Shown here piece after piece: positions 40,448-54,142 of a stretch of DNA of 64,000 bases. The stretch covers positions 1-64,000 of the forward strand of contig NMRA01000739.1 of assembly GCA_002633005.1 (NCBI GenBank), given 5' to 3'. The stretch is from Phoronis australis. Its lineage: Eukaryota; Animalia; Phoronida. The number at the start of each line of letters is the position of its first letter. The first letter of the stretch is position 1. Position numbers and translations under genes: made by a program. The notes under the pieces were generated by a model. That model was not told where the DNA came from and did not search any database. It saw only the letters and a list, made by a program, of their open reading frames with translations.

Positions 40448-41250
40448 CATCTTGTTGTCTTCCAATGACAATTTAGGGACAGTTGTGTCTAATACCCGAA
40501 ATTACATTCAATTTGACTAAGGCACACTTTGACGACACCGTAGTCTAATCACAGTTGTGAAGTATTTTGTTGATTCACCGACACTAAGTACTATTAATTG
40601 ACACGTGACTGTTTAAGCTGAGTTTAAGTAGCTGCTTTCATTCTCAACAAACACAGATAAATGAGCATTCCACGGGATACGAAAACAATTGAACTCTTAT
40701 TGAAATTAAGTGGTTAATGTCAATAGTACAAAATTGTTAATACTCAAATCAGTACCAATGTTTCATTCATGGAATGTCTTTGCTTTCAGATTCGTAACAG
40801 TTCTTTTAACAGAACCTTATATATTAATCTCAGATTAGCTCACAACTCACCACACAACAAGAGGTGAATGCTAGAGACTACACACCAACATAGTGCGTAC
40901 CAAACTGAAAAATAATGGGCTGTAAATATGAACGTCATGCTATTAGTAATTAGTTTGCGGTTGTTAATCAAAACTGAAATCCATATTCCCCATGCGCCAT
41001 GCTTAAGACACAGCCAGACAAACATCGGCTAAATCTGGGAATAGCAAAAAGTTTCAGCTATTGGGCAACAAATTCTGATGTAGCCACTTAACTAAACCTC
41101 AAGTTATCATGGCATGGGAGTTCCTGTCATTCGGGCATGTATTGTTAGACAGAGACTTACCAAAACATAAAACAAAATATCATTATGTTAAGCCAGTAAG
41201 TAAGACACATAATCATTCAGTAAGAGGGTCTCGACACAATACACTGGCTG

Positions 41251-42400
41251 GGAGGAGAGTGGGGTAAAACGGCCCACCGAGTAAGACGGCAAGAAATATT
41301 TGATGCCCCTTGAAGTTAGGTGAGTACCTCCCTTTCGTAACAAATTTAGAAAATGTAATGTACGAAATAAACTTGATTGTGTGATTAAGCTTAACAGTAA
41401 TGCCTTGTGAACGAGAAAATGACAACAAAATTTAAAATGACTTTAACTAGTTTTCTCGGTGCACGCTTGATTGTGGTGACATCATTAACGGGTAAGACGG
41501 ACCGCTGGGTATTGGGATAAGACGGACCGCTGGGTAGTGGGATAAGACGGACAGCTGGGTAGTGGGATAAGACGGACAGCTGGGTAGTGGGATAAGACGG
41601 ACAGCTGGGTAGTGGTATAAGACGGACAGCTGGGTAGTGGGATAAGACGGACAGGGTGACCGTTTTACCCCATACATATTTAATAGAGTGGCAGAAATAA
41701 TTTTCAATGTTTTGTTTTTAGATAATGCCGCGGAAATATATACATGTAAGAACGTCTTCAAGAAATGCATGGGAAAGGGAGGACATGGAGAAGGCAATAG
41801 CCGCGATGAGGAGGGGAGAGATGGGCTGTAAAACTGCTGCAAGGCAGTTTGGAGTACCGAGAACTACTCTGAAGCGTAAATTTAAAGACCAGAATGGGCC
41901 CATGACCAATGTGCCGGGGTAGATAGCGAAGACGAAGATTACGTCTGTGACCTCTGCCTCTAGCGACTGCTCGTGGTGGAAAATTTATTGTTAGTTGCTA
42001 CATTAAATGTGAACTGCCAGTTTCGTCATGTTAAGTTTTTAAAAGCTAAGAACGTATATTGTATAATGTATGATTTAAAAATAAAGAAAAAAGACTTTTG
42101 TTATAAAATTTCGTTGTATAAATCGATGATTACATTTAATCAGTGTAGGTAGTAGCAGGGCCGTTTTACTCAACTGCAGTGACCGTCTTAACCACAAGGT
42201 AGGGTAAAACAGCCCAGCACCCCACAAAAAGTCAAATCTGTCTTGGGCCAAGACGGTGCAATTTTAATTCTACTAATTATGTTTTTTATGAACTGCAAGG
42301 TAAGCTCTTCGAACATGATTAATTCCTTGTACATACATCGTATACTTTTTGGGTAATGGATCTTTAAAGTTAAGGGTGCCGGTTTACCCCACTCTCCCCC
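41251..42400 (+). mobile_element. Internally deleted pogo/Fot1-like element
   Basis: TIR ggagagtggggtaaa...tttaccccactctcc. HTH_psq N-terminus (WEREDMEKAIAAMRRG..AARQFGVPRTTLKR) is joined at ~41910 to a PHD-type tail CAGVDSEDEDYVCDLCL*. Confidence 0.85.
41489..41655. repeat. 25-bp tandem repeat (gggtagtgggataagacggacagct), ~6.5 copies
   Basis: Nearly identical units with no unique spacers. Confidence 0.95.
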
Positions 42401-43411
42401 TTTATAAATAACTTGAGCTCATCACTTTAACTCAGGTGGTGACAACAGTACCAAAATTCAATGTTGCGCTTAGAGTAAGGCCATTGAAATTAGTGTTTAG
42501 AAATACCAGCACTGTAAAGTGTCCACAATGTGAATGTGACATATTCAACAAGCAAATCTCACGTACCTTATGCAATCTGCTCCTCTATTAACTTGACCAA
42601 GAAGGTACATGTATCATCTACAGCCTCATCCATCTCTGGTTGGCCACTCGTCTCAGATGGTGCAAACGTGTCTTTATTGTCCTAGTCTTTCCTCGTCTTT
42701 CTCTAATCTTTGAGATAACGGGACCTGTTGGCTTGACTCACTAATGGATACAAGTTTCAGTTTCTGCAACAAAGGATTACTCTATGGAATAAGGGTGCAA
42801 CAATATGAGCATGAAGTAACAGCAATACTTAATCACTGTACCTACTACTAAATATTTAAAATATGGTGCTTGTTAACGTTTACGCAAAAATGGGAATTAT
42901 AATTAGCTCGTTTTAAATTTGACCAGAAATAGTAACCGCGAACACAAATTCTCTATTGTGTATACTGTAAGTACCAAACGTATGACAGAATTAATGAAAG
43001 TAGACTTTAGCAGGGCTTCCTTGTTATCGAAGTGGGCGTCTGTGGACTGTGAAATTTTCCCCTGGGCCTTCGAGAACTGGTGGGACTCCATGATCATCGT
43101 GGTCCAACCCATGTCATTCTCTAACAGACAAATGGAAGTTTTTCCGAACTGCAGCCCCCATAGGGAAAAAGAGAGAACACATTCTGGGTCAGACGGGTCA
43201 CCACCGCAATTTCTGACTCTCTTCCACGGCCGGTTCACTATAGGGGGCTGGAGGGACTATGTTCCCACTTTTTTCAGTGCTCTGCCGCCCGTGAACTTCG
43301 CATATTCTTCCACCTATTAAGAATGGAGTTACACACTAGAGGTAATTGGACATTATAGGCAACGTCGGTTCCTCACAACTAATGTTGTCAAGAACACAAA
43401 TAATATCAGTA

Positions 43412-44701
43412 GGAGAGAGTGGGGCAATATGAGCCAATTTTCTAATTATCGGTCTTAACATCTAAATAAAGAAACTAATTCCAGAAACTAAAACAGGATA
43501 ATAAACTTCATTGTGTCCTTATTGTATACAATAAAAATAATGACAATTGAAAAAGTGCAACATGTTTTTTTTGGTATTTTACGTTAGTCAGTCAGATGGC
43601 TCAAAGTACCCCAACTACGGGACACTTTGATCCATAGCAAAGTATAGTCAACAACACACATTCAATATCTTAAAAATATAGTTGGTTACTTAACGTATGT
43701 CTTTGACTTGATACTTGATACTGTTTGACGAAATAAGGAATAAACTAACTACCAGTTTAACCCAGGTTTTAATCTAAACACGAGTCACACTTAAAGTTTC
43801 CAACACCGATGTGCGATGTGCATGTTTCGTGGGCCTAGTCAAGGCAAGTTTTGCACTGTATCCAATCCATGTAATTGGTTCCAAATATTGTTCATTGCAT
43901 ATCAGGCAGTAATGATTTCTGACAAGGGACATGCCACATCCTTTCCGCAAACCTTTACTGGATCGCTTTGGCTGTGAGGTCATGGATAATGTGCCCAGTC
44001 GGGTTGATTTTTTTTAGTTCTTTGACATTCTTTTTCAATATAATCAGCTTTTTTTCAGAGCTGCTTATCAGCACCTTTGAATATCCACGTTGGCAATTTT
44101 TGATCTTGTGGCTGCAGCAGTGGAAAAATGCGGCACCAGACGGATGTCTAATAGGTCATCAAAAGAACAATCTTACTGTCATACATTCCTTTATTAGTCT
44201 TTCGTTGTTACTTTTTAACCATTTTCTGCACTAAAGTTGCACCAAAATACTTAAAACTTGTTAAAGTTGTTGCTTACATAACGATGGGGCATTATGAGCC
44301 ATGGCTCAACCCGCACACTATGGTTCATAGTGCCCCATCCTCAAATTCTGAAGCAAAACAAAAGTAACTCAAAATTAGGTCAGCTCTCAACATCGAAATG
44401 TATGGCTGCTTCAGCCCATTTCTAAACGTATTATTACAGCCCTTCAGTTCCCGTGTGTCTAGGTTATCGTTTATTACAGATGAAAAACTAACTTACCTTG
44501 AAATTTTACTCAAATCGGCAAATTATCAACAACAGGATACAAAATCCACATTTGCGCGAAACAGAAAATCATATAAAATGGTTTCACACCTTGCCAGCAG
44601 GAGCACATGCAAGTGACATCTGGTGCCAAAGTATTGGTTTACTTTAATTTGGCAAGTAAAGGAACATAGTGCCACATGGCTCAAGGTGCCCCACTTTCTG
44701 C
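43412..44701 (-). mobile_element. Internally deleted pogo/Fot1-like element with TA TSD
   Basis: ta|ggagagagtggggcaatatgagcca ... tggctcaaggtgccccactttctgc|ta. Minus-strand PHD relic CLICNEQY..WIQCKTC..AHETC..FKCDSC. Confidence 0.8.
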
Positions 44702-47700
44702 TAATGCTGGTAATTTAAGTTACTCAGAAAGTTAAGGAGATCGATTCCAGTAAAATATCATAACCCTTATTATTAATTGTAACCAGATATTAGCATGCGT
44801 TCATTAAATTACCCACCTGTTCTTTTGTTCATTGCTGGCTTTATTCTGTTTGTTTTATGTTGGCTCAGTGGCTGCTACAAGGTTTGATCTTTCTGTTCGG
44901 AAAAGAGACGGCCATTCAATACGTGTTACCGAAATTGTCCACAGATTCCAAATCTTCAGTTTGACCACCACTACAATTGAACTTTTGTATACATTTTATG
45001 ATTTGAGTTCCAATAAAGACTAAATTTGAACTACTGACATGTGTAGTGTTGTTTGCTGTGAAATATTTAGTGTAGGTGTGCAATCTGGAAAGTTCAGGGA
45101 TGGGTTCACACTTGACTAAACTAATTAAGTTTTGCTTACGATCAAAACCTACCATCTGTCACGAGAAAGTTTAAAGTATTGTGGGGCTGTAGTTAATTCC
45201 TATCTGGTACATACACAGCTGATTTATCGTCATAGTTTTCACACTGGCGTCCTCACCTTCTTATCGTCCATCAGAAGCTGATGACGCCTGTCAGTTTACA
45301 GTGCTAGGACGTGGATTGCCTGTGTAGTACGTTTTGACTAATTTGCCTTTTAGCAAATAAACTTATATTTAATACACTAGACACCAGTAGTTTCCAATGT
45401 CATTCAAGTTCGTTTTGGACTTTAGATAAAGTGATCGCCTTGGTTTGTTAACCCTCTTATAACAACGACACATTCACGGCCGGTTACAGGTCGAAGTCGA
45501 ATTCTATATACATGTAGTTAGTTTTCGACAAATCTTTGCAGAAAATAGTGTCTGATGACCTAAATATTGGCACACAAAAGATTCAAGGTATACTTACACT
45601 TATATCCTAAAATACGATCAGCACAAGTTACCCTGACTCGGCTATCAGCGACGAAAACGGGTCACAATGTTTTTTCAGAGACGCCGATCAGCTGTGTCCA
45701 AATAATTTTATTCAGACGACTCGAGCCTGTGAGTGGCTGTTGGCCGAAAGATTTAGAACGCAGGTCTATCGCAATTGGTAAGTAGTGTTCTAAATGTTTG
45801 CCATGGTGAATGTGAAAATCTGTGATTGGCTGCTGACCGTTCTATGGCGCAAGTATTCTTCGTTGCCAGAAGCGTGAGTGACGGCCATTCAATATGTTGT
45901 TTATTCGTGCTAACGCCAGCGTGCGAGGTCTGGTGTGGGGTCAGTCCTGGTGTGGAATATTACGGCCTTGGCCTTAAAGGAAAATGCAACCGGATTTAAC
46001 TTAGTCTTTTTTGCCGTCTTAATCGGTGTATATTCACATCGCCTCGCATGCGGTCGAAATTACCTTGCCAAGAGGTGTCGCATTAACCTGTGAGGAAGGT
46101 GAGAAACAACGCTAGCGACGTCAGTGGTTCATATACAGAGTGAATTCCGCTATGTTGCGGTGCATCGTTCCCGCTTGTCCGAACTAAGCAGCTGCGAAGA
46201 AAGCGGGTATATTGTTTTTTTTTTACTTCCTCGAGAGACGGAATGCTTAAGAAGTGACTCATGGTAGTGAAGAATGAAATGTACGGTGTAAATAGCAAGT
46301 ATGAGGCCGTGAAACATCTCCGTGTCTGTGGCATGCAGACGTCGACAGAGCCTCAGTGACGAATGCCGGCCGGCTTACCAAATAACTCCATACATTCCGT
46401 TGTCTGAGCTTGTTCACGGCCCCTCTCTAGTATTTCTTCATCACTGTATTCCTGTTCGAATTGATAGCCTGTAAAACTTAATGATCCATCTGCGAAGTCG
46501 GGACTGATGAGCTCTAGCTCGTCCTAAGTCGAGATTGCGAGTTGCCAAGTTGGCGTTTAGTACTGAGCGTTCTGTTTCAAAATGCCTTCTCACCCTAACC
46601 AACTGAAACAAAGTCTGTCTCATTAGATGCAATTTGTAATGCCTTCGGAGTATTTGTGAGTGCAAATAATTTGAGATTCCAGCAATGAATAAATCACTGC
46701 GTTACCGGCTTTAGGTGCAATAAAATTAATTCAGTTGACGGGACACCAAGGCCGTGTGAGATCATGCTAATTTAGTGTTTGCTGACAGAAGCTGTTGTGA
46801 AACTACTCGATTTCCATCCCACGGCTAGGTATTAGGGGAATCTTTAGTTACGTTTACATTACTCAAATAATGATTGTCAATGTACAACTTCTGCCCAGAC
46901 GGTGCTGTGCCCAAAGCGGAACCCGAGTGAATTCGCGGCCCCCGACGAGTAAGTAGATTTGCCGTTTCGTGGCTAATTCACCAACATAATTACGTGCACA
47001 TTACCTTAGCTCACTAGTATAGTATTTTCTTGACTCGAAGTTTAGTTTCCACTGAACTTTGGTTGGTTTATGTTCGTAATGCCAGATCAGTTTCCGAGAC
47101 ACTAGCCGGGATAACAATGAAGTCAATCCGGCCGGCCGCGACGGGCTTGATCGGGCTCCGAGCCACTAGCCAGGATTACAAGCGTTTTGTGTTTAGAACT
47201 AAAAAAATCATTAGTCTAAACAACACAGATCTAGGTTCTTCTGTCTGTATCTCACGGAAAATACTTCGAAGTTATCTCCGAACAGACCCCAAACTCTGGT
47301 TACGGACCTTATTGGCCTGCCGAACCTTGTAGGCTACGGTGTGTCCAAATACCAATAAATCCGTAAGAGCGAAATAAACAACACGTTTTATAAGAACTCG
47401 GTGTATTTTTAAGGGTTTTACATCGAAGTTTGATGATTTATTAGTGTTAAACGATGACTTCAGGCGATAAGCTGACAACAGTAACCCGTGTTGTGAACTG
47501 CTGAACAGACTGCGTGTGAAACCGATGACGTCATTTTATAATTTCAACACCTCCGTCTGCCGTCAGGTGTCAGGTAACGCAACCGTACGTGTCGTTATGG
47601 AGTAGAACTACTCGATCTAAATTGATACAAATTAGGTTGTTTTTTGGTGGCATGCTCCTTTAAATGTACTGTAGACGATCGTCACATTTTTTCATGTTGG

Positions 47701-48199
47701 GCTCAAATTTAAACGTAAACAATTGTTTGTGTTTTCCCGCATCAGTTCATGTGTTAGGCTGCGCCACCGTCTCGACTGGCCGCAGTAGAGACGGTGGCCA
47801 TCGCATAGGCCCTTCGGACGTCGAAAGTTTTTCGGCGAATTATGCCTCACACCGCATTAAACCATCAACACCGTGTTGCTATAAATACCTTAGTTTGCGC
47901 ATAGGGGGCACCTTAGACAGCTTTTTATGTCTTTAACTCTTCCCCGCCTGAACAAATACTCATGCACTTCGTTCATATACCCAAATCGGCAACTACCCAT
48001 TTTTACATTGCTCGCGTCAGTCCTTGCTGACGTCAAGTTGGCTACCAATTGCATTTGATCTTACGTTGTTTTTCTTTTCCAATTCACAGGTACCAGTTAC
48101 TACAAAAAAACTCAAGAGTAGAAATACCTTTTTGTAAATAATTGGTTGATATTCTTAATTACTGATTTAAAACGTGATCATCTTAATAGGAAAAAAGGA

Positions 48200-48410
48200 G
48201 CTGGGCTTGTGTATTCTACCAATCCGAAGGACATTAAACTCTTATGCTCAGAAATTTTTTCCTCAATGTACCCTGCCGACCATCATTTGAAGATCTTCCC
48301 ACTGTAGTGGGTCAGGTACTGGATACGTTTAAAGAAGCGTGTATTCGACTCCATCTGCTGGAAAACGATTCAGTGCGAGACATGCGTCTAACAGAAATGG
48401 CAGTGGAGCA
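48200..48410 (+). mobile_element. Helitron Rep-helicase fragment
   Basis: LRNFFLNVPCRPSFEDLPTVVGQVLDTFKEACIRLHLLEND matches the Helitron LRxLLxxVxGxxSFEDLxTVxGxxxxTFxEACxxxGLLxDD motif. Confidence 0.75.
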
Positions 48411-50295
48411 AATTCGCGTGTACAACGCCAAATTTGGTTGGGCTCAATCATTTGGGTTATCTAAAACATTGACGCAAGGCGTCGTTACTGAAAAGGCAGT
48501 TTCACTGCTCTAAAAACATTTGTCGATAAAAATTCCGACGCACGGTGATTAGGCGGCTATTTTTGGGCCTCGCTGAAGTTTCAGTCTGGTTCATTAGCCG
48601 AGCCAAATAGCGTCCCCAGCCAAAAAATCATCCAAAAATCTAATTCAAATCCAACGACAACGTTTCATTATGGCTGCATACAGTATATGTACACTGAGAG
48701 CTAAGGTCTTTACAGTAAATTGCTGTCCTAACATCGAGTATGCGTTTTTACTGACACTGTCTGCTCGTAGCGTTTAACTCTCCGTTGCTGCCGGTCGTAG
48801 CGTAAAATTTGCATTTTGCGATACAGTCCTTACCTCAAGTTCAGTGTCCACCGTTATTTTCCAGTGTTCTGATGAACACAGGGAAATGTTTCTATTGTTA
48901 TTTGCAGTCCAAAAGCTAAAACGCGAAGACAGACGAAGAAAACTAACAAATTTATCGAAGCTAAAACGACACAGTGCTGCAGCCAATGGGAATGTTTCGA
49001 TTTTTATTTTCCCGGATTGTTTCTAAGTTTCCGATAAACTTTTGATATTATCGCATGGTTCAGTGTTTTAACTTGTATATTTCACAAACTAAAAATACTG
49101 ATCAATTTATTATGAAACAAAAGTTTGCTAGTAATTCAACACTTTCACAGATTGTCTTGTCGCTAAACCGGCTTGGGTACCGTACTTGGCATATATAGGA
49201 CGTCATATAACAACAACCCGGATCACACCGCAATAAGGTATTGCCACGATGATGCAAATAAGTCCATTTTTATAGGATTTAATTCAAAAGAGGGCGCTGT
49301 AAGTGTATTCAGTTTTGGTGTCGCAACATGACAGCCTGACATGGCAAAACTGTTTTCTTCTTGCTAGTTACCTGTAACGTCCTTCGATGTTTGACTTTAT
49401 GAAATTGTTGGCGCTTCAGAGTACATTACGTGGAAGTAGTCTGAAATTTGGTAAATCAAAATCTCCAATATCCCATGTGAGCTCCAGGGTTGTTTAAGCG
49501 TGAGACATCTGGTCATTAATAGACCTAATTTACACAAGCATCAAATCTAAAATTTCTATCAAATAATTAAAAATTTTGCTATGCTTTCTGCGACGAAAAT
49601 TAATACTTTTGGGTCTTTGACTTCAAAATTTTTGTGAACTATTCACTGCAACCATAAACACTTTGAATAGTACTCGAAGGACTATGACCTCCTGGATTCT
49701 TATCAAAGACATGTTTCTGTTAAAACGCTCATGTATTCAACAGGTACAAGGCATAATTGTCCTATTATCTGTACCACTTGTAGAAAAGAGGTACAATTTT
49801 ACTAGTGAAACATGCAGGTTTAGAAATTTAAGGACGTTTTAAAATGTAAATATGGTCATAATTACGAATTCAAATAAAATGAAGTTTGCCAACAACAAAT
49901 TACTCTTAGTAAACCTGTCAGGAGGTGTTATCGCGGTCACATGTGTCGAAAAGATAACGCCTCACGATCACTTACGATAACTGAACACAGTCCCTTTTGA
50001 CACGTTCTATGTGTTAGTCGGAAAGATTCATCGATGCAACTCGCCGTATTTTCATCTCGGAGAACCTTGTGCCAACATGCAACTAGATGATTACTCTCCT
50101 ACAATGTTTGATTAGCTAGCGGCAAATAAGAGGTGAGCAGGTGTGGACTATTCCTAACAAGATTTTACGCAAGACAAGATCAGTAGTCGACAATGAACAT
50201 TGGCGAATTTAGAGGGGGCCAAGGGGGTCATGCCCCCCCCCCCCTAAAATTCTCCCAATTTTCATTTCGCAGTACGGGAGTGATGATGTCTGACA

Positions 50296-50311
50296 NNNNN
50301 NNNNNNNNNNN
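50296..50311. other. Assembly gap
   Basis: N run inside a poly-C-rich MITE. Confidence 1.
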
Positions 50312-50697
50312 GCCCCCCCCCCCCCCCAACTCAAAGTCCTGTATCTGCACCTGCTGAAGCTGGTGTTTGTCATTCATCAGGAAGATATTAAATTACGAAG
50401 GGATCCGTAAATTATCTACGAAAATTCTATTTCGAAAAAATGTTTGCAATTTTTATTAAAAAGTGGATATCTATTCATAGGTTAATGCGTTTATCAAAGC
50501 CGAAATTTCTGTGCATGACCAAGGTATGCATACGCTCATATATAATTGTGTTCTATCCACAATTCACAAACTCACACAGTTTAAGCTTGAACATGCCACT
50601 TTAACTCAATGGAGGACTCTGGTAGATGTCAAGTTACTACCTGTTCGATTATAAATTATAACTCGAAGAAAACGAAACCGAGGATAATGGTCAAAGG

Positions 50698-50872
50698 CGA
50701 ACAGTCACTTGTTAGTCGAACAGTTATTTGTTAGTAGAGAAGTCATGTGTTAATCGAGAAGTCGAATGTTAGTCGATCAGTCATTTATTAGTAGGGAAGC
50801 CATGTGTTAGTCAAGCAGTCAATTGTTAGTTGATCAGTCATTTGTTAGTAGAGACGTCATGTGTTTTGTCGT
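50698..50872. repeat. Degenerate ~19-bp minisatellite (tgttagtcgaacagtcatt-like)
   Basis: About nine decayed units. Confidence 0.75.
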
Positions 50873-51378
50873 ACTTATTTACGAGCCGGGCGACGTGATG
50901 CACACGTAACACGAGTCAAAACAAGACACGCAAAGTATGAGAGCCATTAATTCGATTCTGACACTTATTATTTCACAAAAAGCATCTTAATGATTGATGG
51001 ACATCAGGGTCTGATCGTGTTCATACTTTGATGAAGAGGATAACAAATAAGGTTTTAGTGACTCTGAAATCGCATCTTATTTGTAACGTTACCTTCTCCT
51101 TTGATTTTGCGAACTGATTGTCAGTAAGAATGTTAGCTTATACTCCCGGCTTGCTTGGGCATACAGTAAATGCTTTGAAATCAGCAGCGGCTAAGTACCA
51201 TCGGATCAGGGCGGTCTCCTTTACCAAATTTGCATTTCTATAGCCACGTGGTTATGTGGGGTTCTTCTACCTTGATTGTACAGAGAATTAACGATATCGT
51301 CATTCGTCACACCCGGCGAACAGGTCGTTGTGAGTGCGCCCTCAGTACTTTGCATTTTAAAGCGAACACAATAAAAGA

Positions 51379-51562
51379 ATGCTTGATTATGTCACTTCAG
51401 CTACACGCATGTGCAAGATGAAGACCACGGGGAGAAAAGCAATTCTCCGCTTCCTCAGCTTAATTTCCGGTTTACTGGGCATGACTGCTGCTGGCGTCGT
51501 AGGGGGATTCAACGTATATGCCAACGCAGTGAAGGAAACATTCAACTACACACAGACGGAAA
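51379..51562 (+). CDS. MFS transporter (Nodulin-like/NFD4/MCH1 type), coding exon 1
   Basis: TM1 followed by FNVYANAVKETFNYTQTE; donor A|gtaaga, phase 1. The true start may be the ATG at 51409 or 51418. Confidence 0.8.
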
Positions 51563-51701
51563 GTAAGAGTGCCTAAGAAATACCTGGTTAGTGTGACGTA
51601 TGCAATTCAGTAATGCTGGGATAACCAAATACGTGTTACTGAAACCAGACGACGGAAGGTGTGCATTAGTGATCGAGGGGCAAAACAAACGTGATAACAC
51701 C

Positions 51702-52096
51702 NNNNNNNNNNNNNNNNNNNNNNNNNNNNNNNNNNNNNNNNNNNNNNNNNNNNNNNNNNNNNNNNNNNNNNNNNNNNNNNNNNNNNNNNNNNNNNNNNNN
51801 NNNNNNNNNNNNNNNNNNNNNNNNNNNNNNNNNNNNNNNNNNNNNNNNNNNNNNNNNNNNNNNNNNNNNNNNNNNNNNNNNNNNNNNNNNNNNNNNNNNN
51901 NNNNNNNNNNNNNNNNNNNNNNNNNNNNNNNNNNNNNNNNNNNNNNNNNNNNNNNNNNNNNNNNNNNNNNNNNNNNNNNNNNNNNNNNNNNNNNNNNNNN
52001 NNNNNNNNNNNNNNNNNNNNNNNNNNNNNNNNNNNNNNNNNNNNNNNNNNNNNNNNNNNNNNNNNNNNNNNNNNNNNNNNNNNNNNNNNNNNNNNN
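51702..52096. other. Assembly gap (intronic)
   Basis: N run. Confidence 1.
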
Positions 52097-52659
52097 GTAA
52101 ATTACTGTCAAGAGCCTCTTCGCTGAATGTTGCTGTTTTTAGTTGATGTAAGCGCTCTCAAGATGTCGCGAGGGGCCTTATGAGCATGCGCATTAGACGA
52201 AACTTACATGAGGCCTTCTTGATTTTCGATTTGTCGTGAATGTTGAGGATTGAACTAGGAAGATCTGGAGGTATTTATGATATTTATTGGTTTCGATGTG
52301 AACAAATAGAAGCAATGAACGTGTTGCTGTCGCAGATAAAATGTTTGAGTGAAATTACTCTCAGATTTGACGTGCTTGGGTTACTCCGGAAGTGGCCGGC
52401 AGACGTCCATATTGAATGTCAGTTGTGTACCTTTCTCTTTATTATGTTATATTGTAGAGGGCTACTTAAAGGTGCCTGTGATCCGATGGCAAAATGAATT
52501 CAGCCACAAACCTGACTTCAATATGAGCTATACGCTCAAATATTGGCTTCTGGACGATCGTTAGCATCGGCCTCAACGGGGCAAACTTCAAACTTCAAGA
52601 GACGTGGAAATTTTTTCACCAATGACGCTGATATTTGGCAGTAACAAGTCTTATACATA

Positions 52660-54142
52660 CACGTTTCTTTTCCCCACTACACCACCGGAAGAGCTGGAGT
52701 CTGTGCGCGCGCAGGGAGGTCAACCTACCGGATATGTGACCTCTTTCTGGTTTTCGGCATTACTGAGACAGAAAATCAACTGCGATTTCAAGCCATTATT
52801 TAGCGAAAATCTACCTGCCTAACAACTTCTACTGCAAAATTACTCGATTGTGCTCATTATTCACGTGTTCAGGATTCCTGTTGTGTAGTTGTAATCACCT
52901 TGTTGTGCATCATCTTTCAGTCTGAACGTCATTTTAGGCTCGTTTGTTTTAAGAAAAGTGTTTAAAAGGCTAGGATAATTGTTTTGTTACCTTGGTAACT
53001 ACTTATAAGTTATTATTTCCATAATATTCGTGTGTATTAGTTGATTCTAATAGAAGTTTCAGACTTTCATACATCAGATCAGCTTTGAATAATCTGGTCA
53101 GAATGAGGGTGAGTTCTTGGAACATTATTTTCTCAAATAATATCCTTTTTACAACACTGATGCCCATTAGTCCAAGGGATATGGTAGAGTTCTATAACGT
53201 CGCTAGTACCTTCCTTGAAAAGCAAGATTTCCATCTGTGTTTCCAATGAGATCGCGTTAGTTTGGCTGCATTCCTAATCATTGATGTGCATAATGTCATT
53301 GGTCGTAGTGTTGAAAACAGTGGTCACCGGAGAAAAAGTCATCAGCCTCCTGATGGACCCTGTTTCTTATTTGAAAATCAAAATCTACACTGTGTCATGG
53401 GGAGTGTGTGACTCAGTTTTCCGACTTGACGGAAGCAATCCAAATTCGCCAGGTGGTGGGGGACCTCTGTGCAGTATAGAGGGCCCCTTGTCTTTTGCTA
53501 ATTTTGGTAATTGTCATTAATTTTCATTTAATACTTATTCTTAGGTTGAGGTGATCAATCATAGCAGTATGATGACATATATGATGTCATGTACTTTTAT
53601 TAACTACTTTTAATCATTTAAGAAGACGTTATTTATTCATGTTGTCTCATAATTTTAGTATCGTCTATTTATAGGTTGTTCATTATTCATTTTGTTTCAT
53701 CAGTCTTTCCATGTCAGTTTCATATTCACCATTGATCGTTCAAGTGTTGTCTTTCATTTTTCTACGTCTGCATGTCCATGGAAAGCAACTACTCATGACG
53801 GGCCAGACTACCCCATTGTACGTACATACAGGCCTAAACATATCGGTAAAAATAAATAAATAAAAGAATGAAAGTGTAATCAAAATATTAGGTCCAATGC
53901 ACATAATAAAATCTTGTGTGATGTTGACATTTTCAGAAAAATACATCAGATAACGCACCTGAGTTAGGTTGCAAAACGATCTAATAATATGAAACAAACA
54001 GCTCAACTTGCGGAAGTAAACAAAGATTACATGGTTAGAGGTCACCTACTCTGACTGACACGAGCAGAGGTCACCTACTTGACCTCCTTGCGCGCGCTTA
54101 TACCCCAGCTCTTCCGGTGGTGTAGTGGGGAAATGAAGCGTG
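52660..54142. mobile_element. Unclassified ~1.5 kb non-autonomous TIR element in an intron
   Basis: ~65-bp inverted ends cacg(t/c)ttc(t/a)tttccccactacaccaccggaagagctgg..gcgcgcgca.ggaggtcaa. No TSD found. Confidence 0.7.

Noticed and set aside
41489-41655. CRISPR-like array
   Set aside because: Units are contiguous with no unique spacers, there are no cas genes, and it lies inside a eukaryotic transposon.
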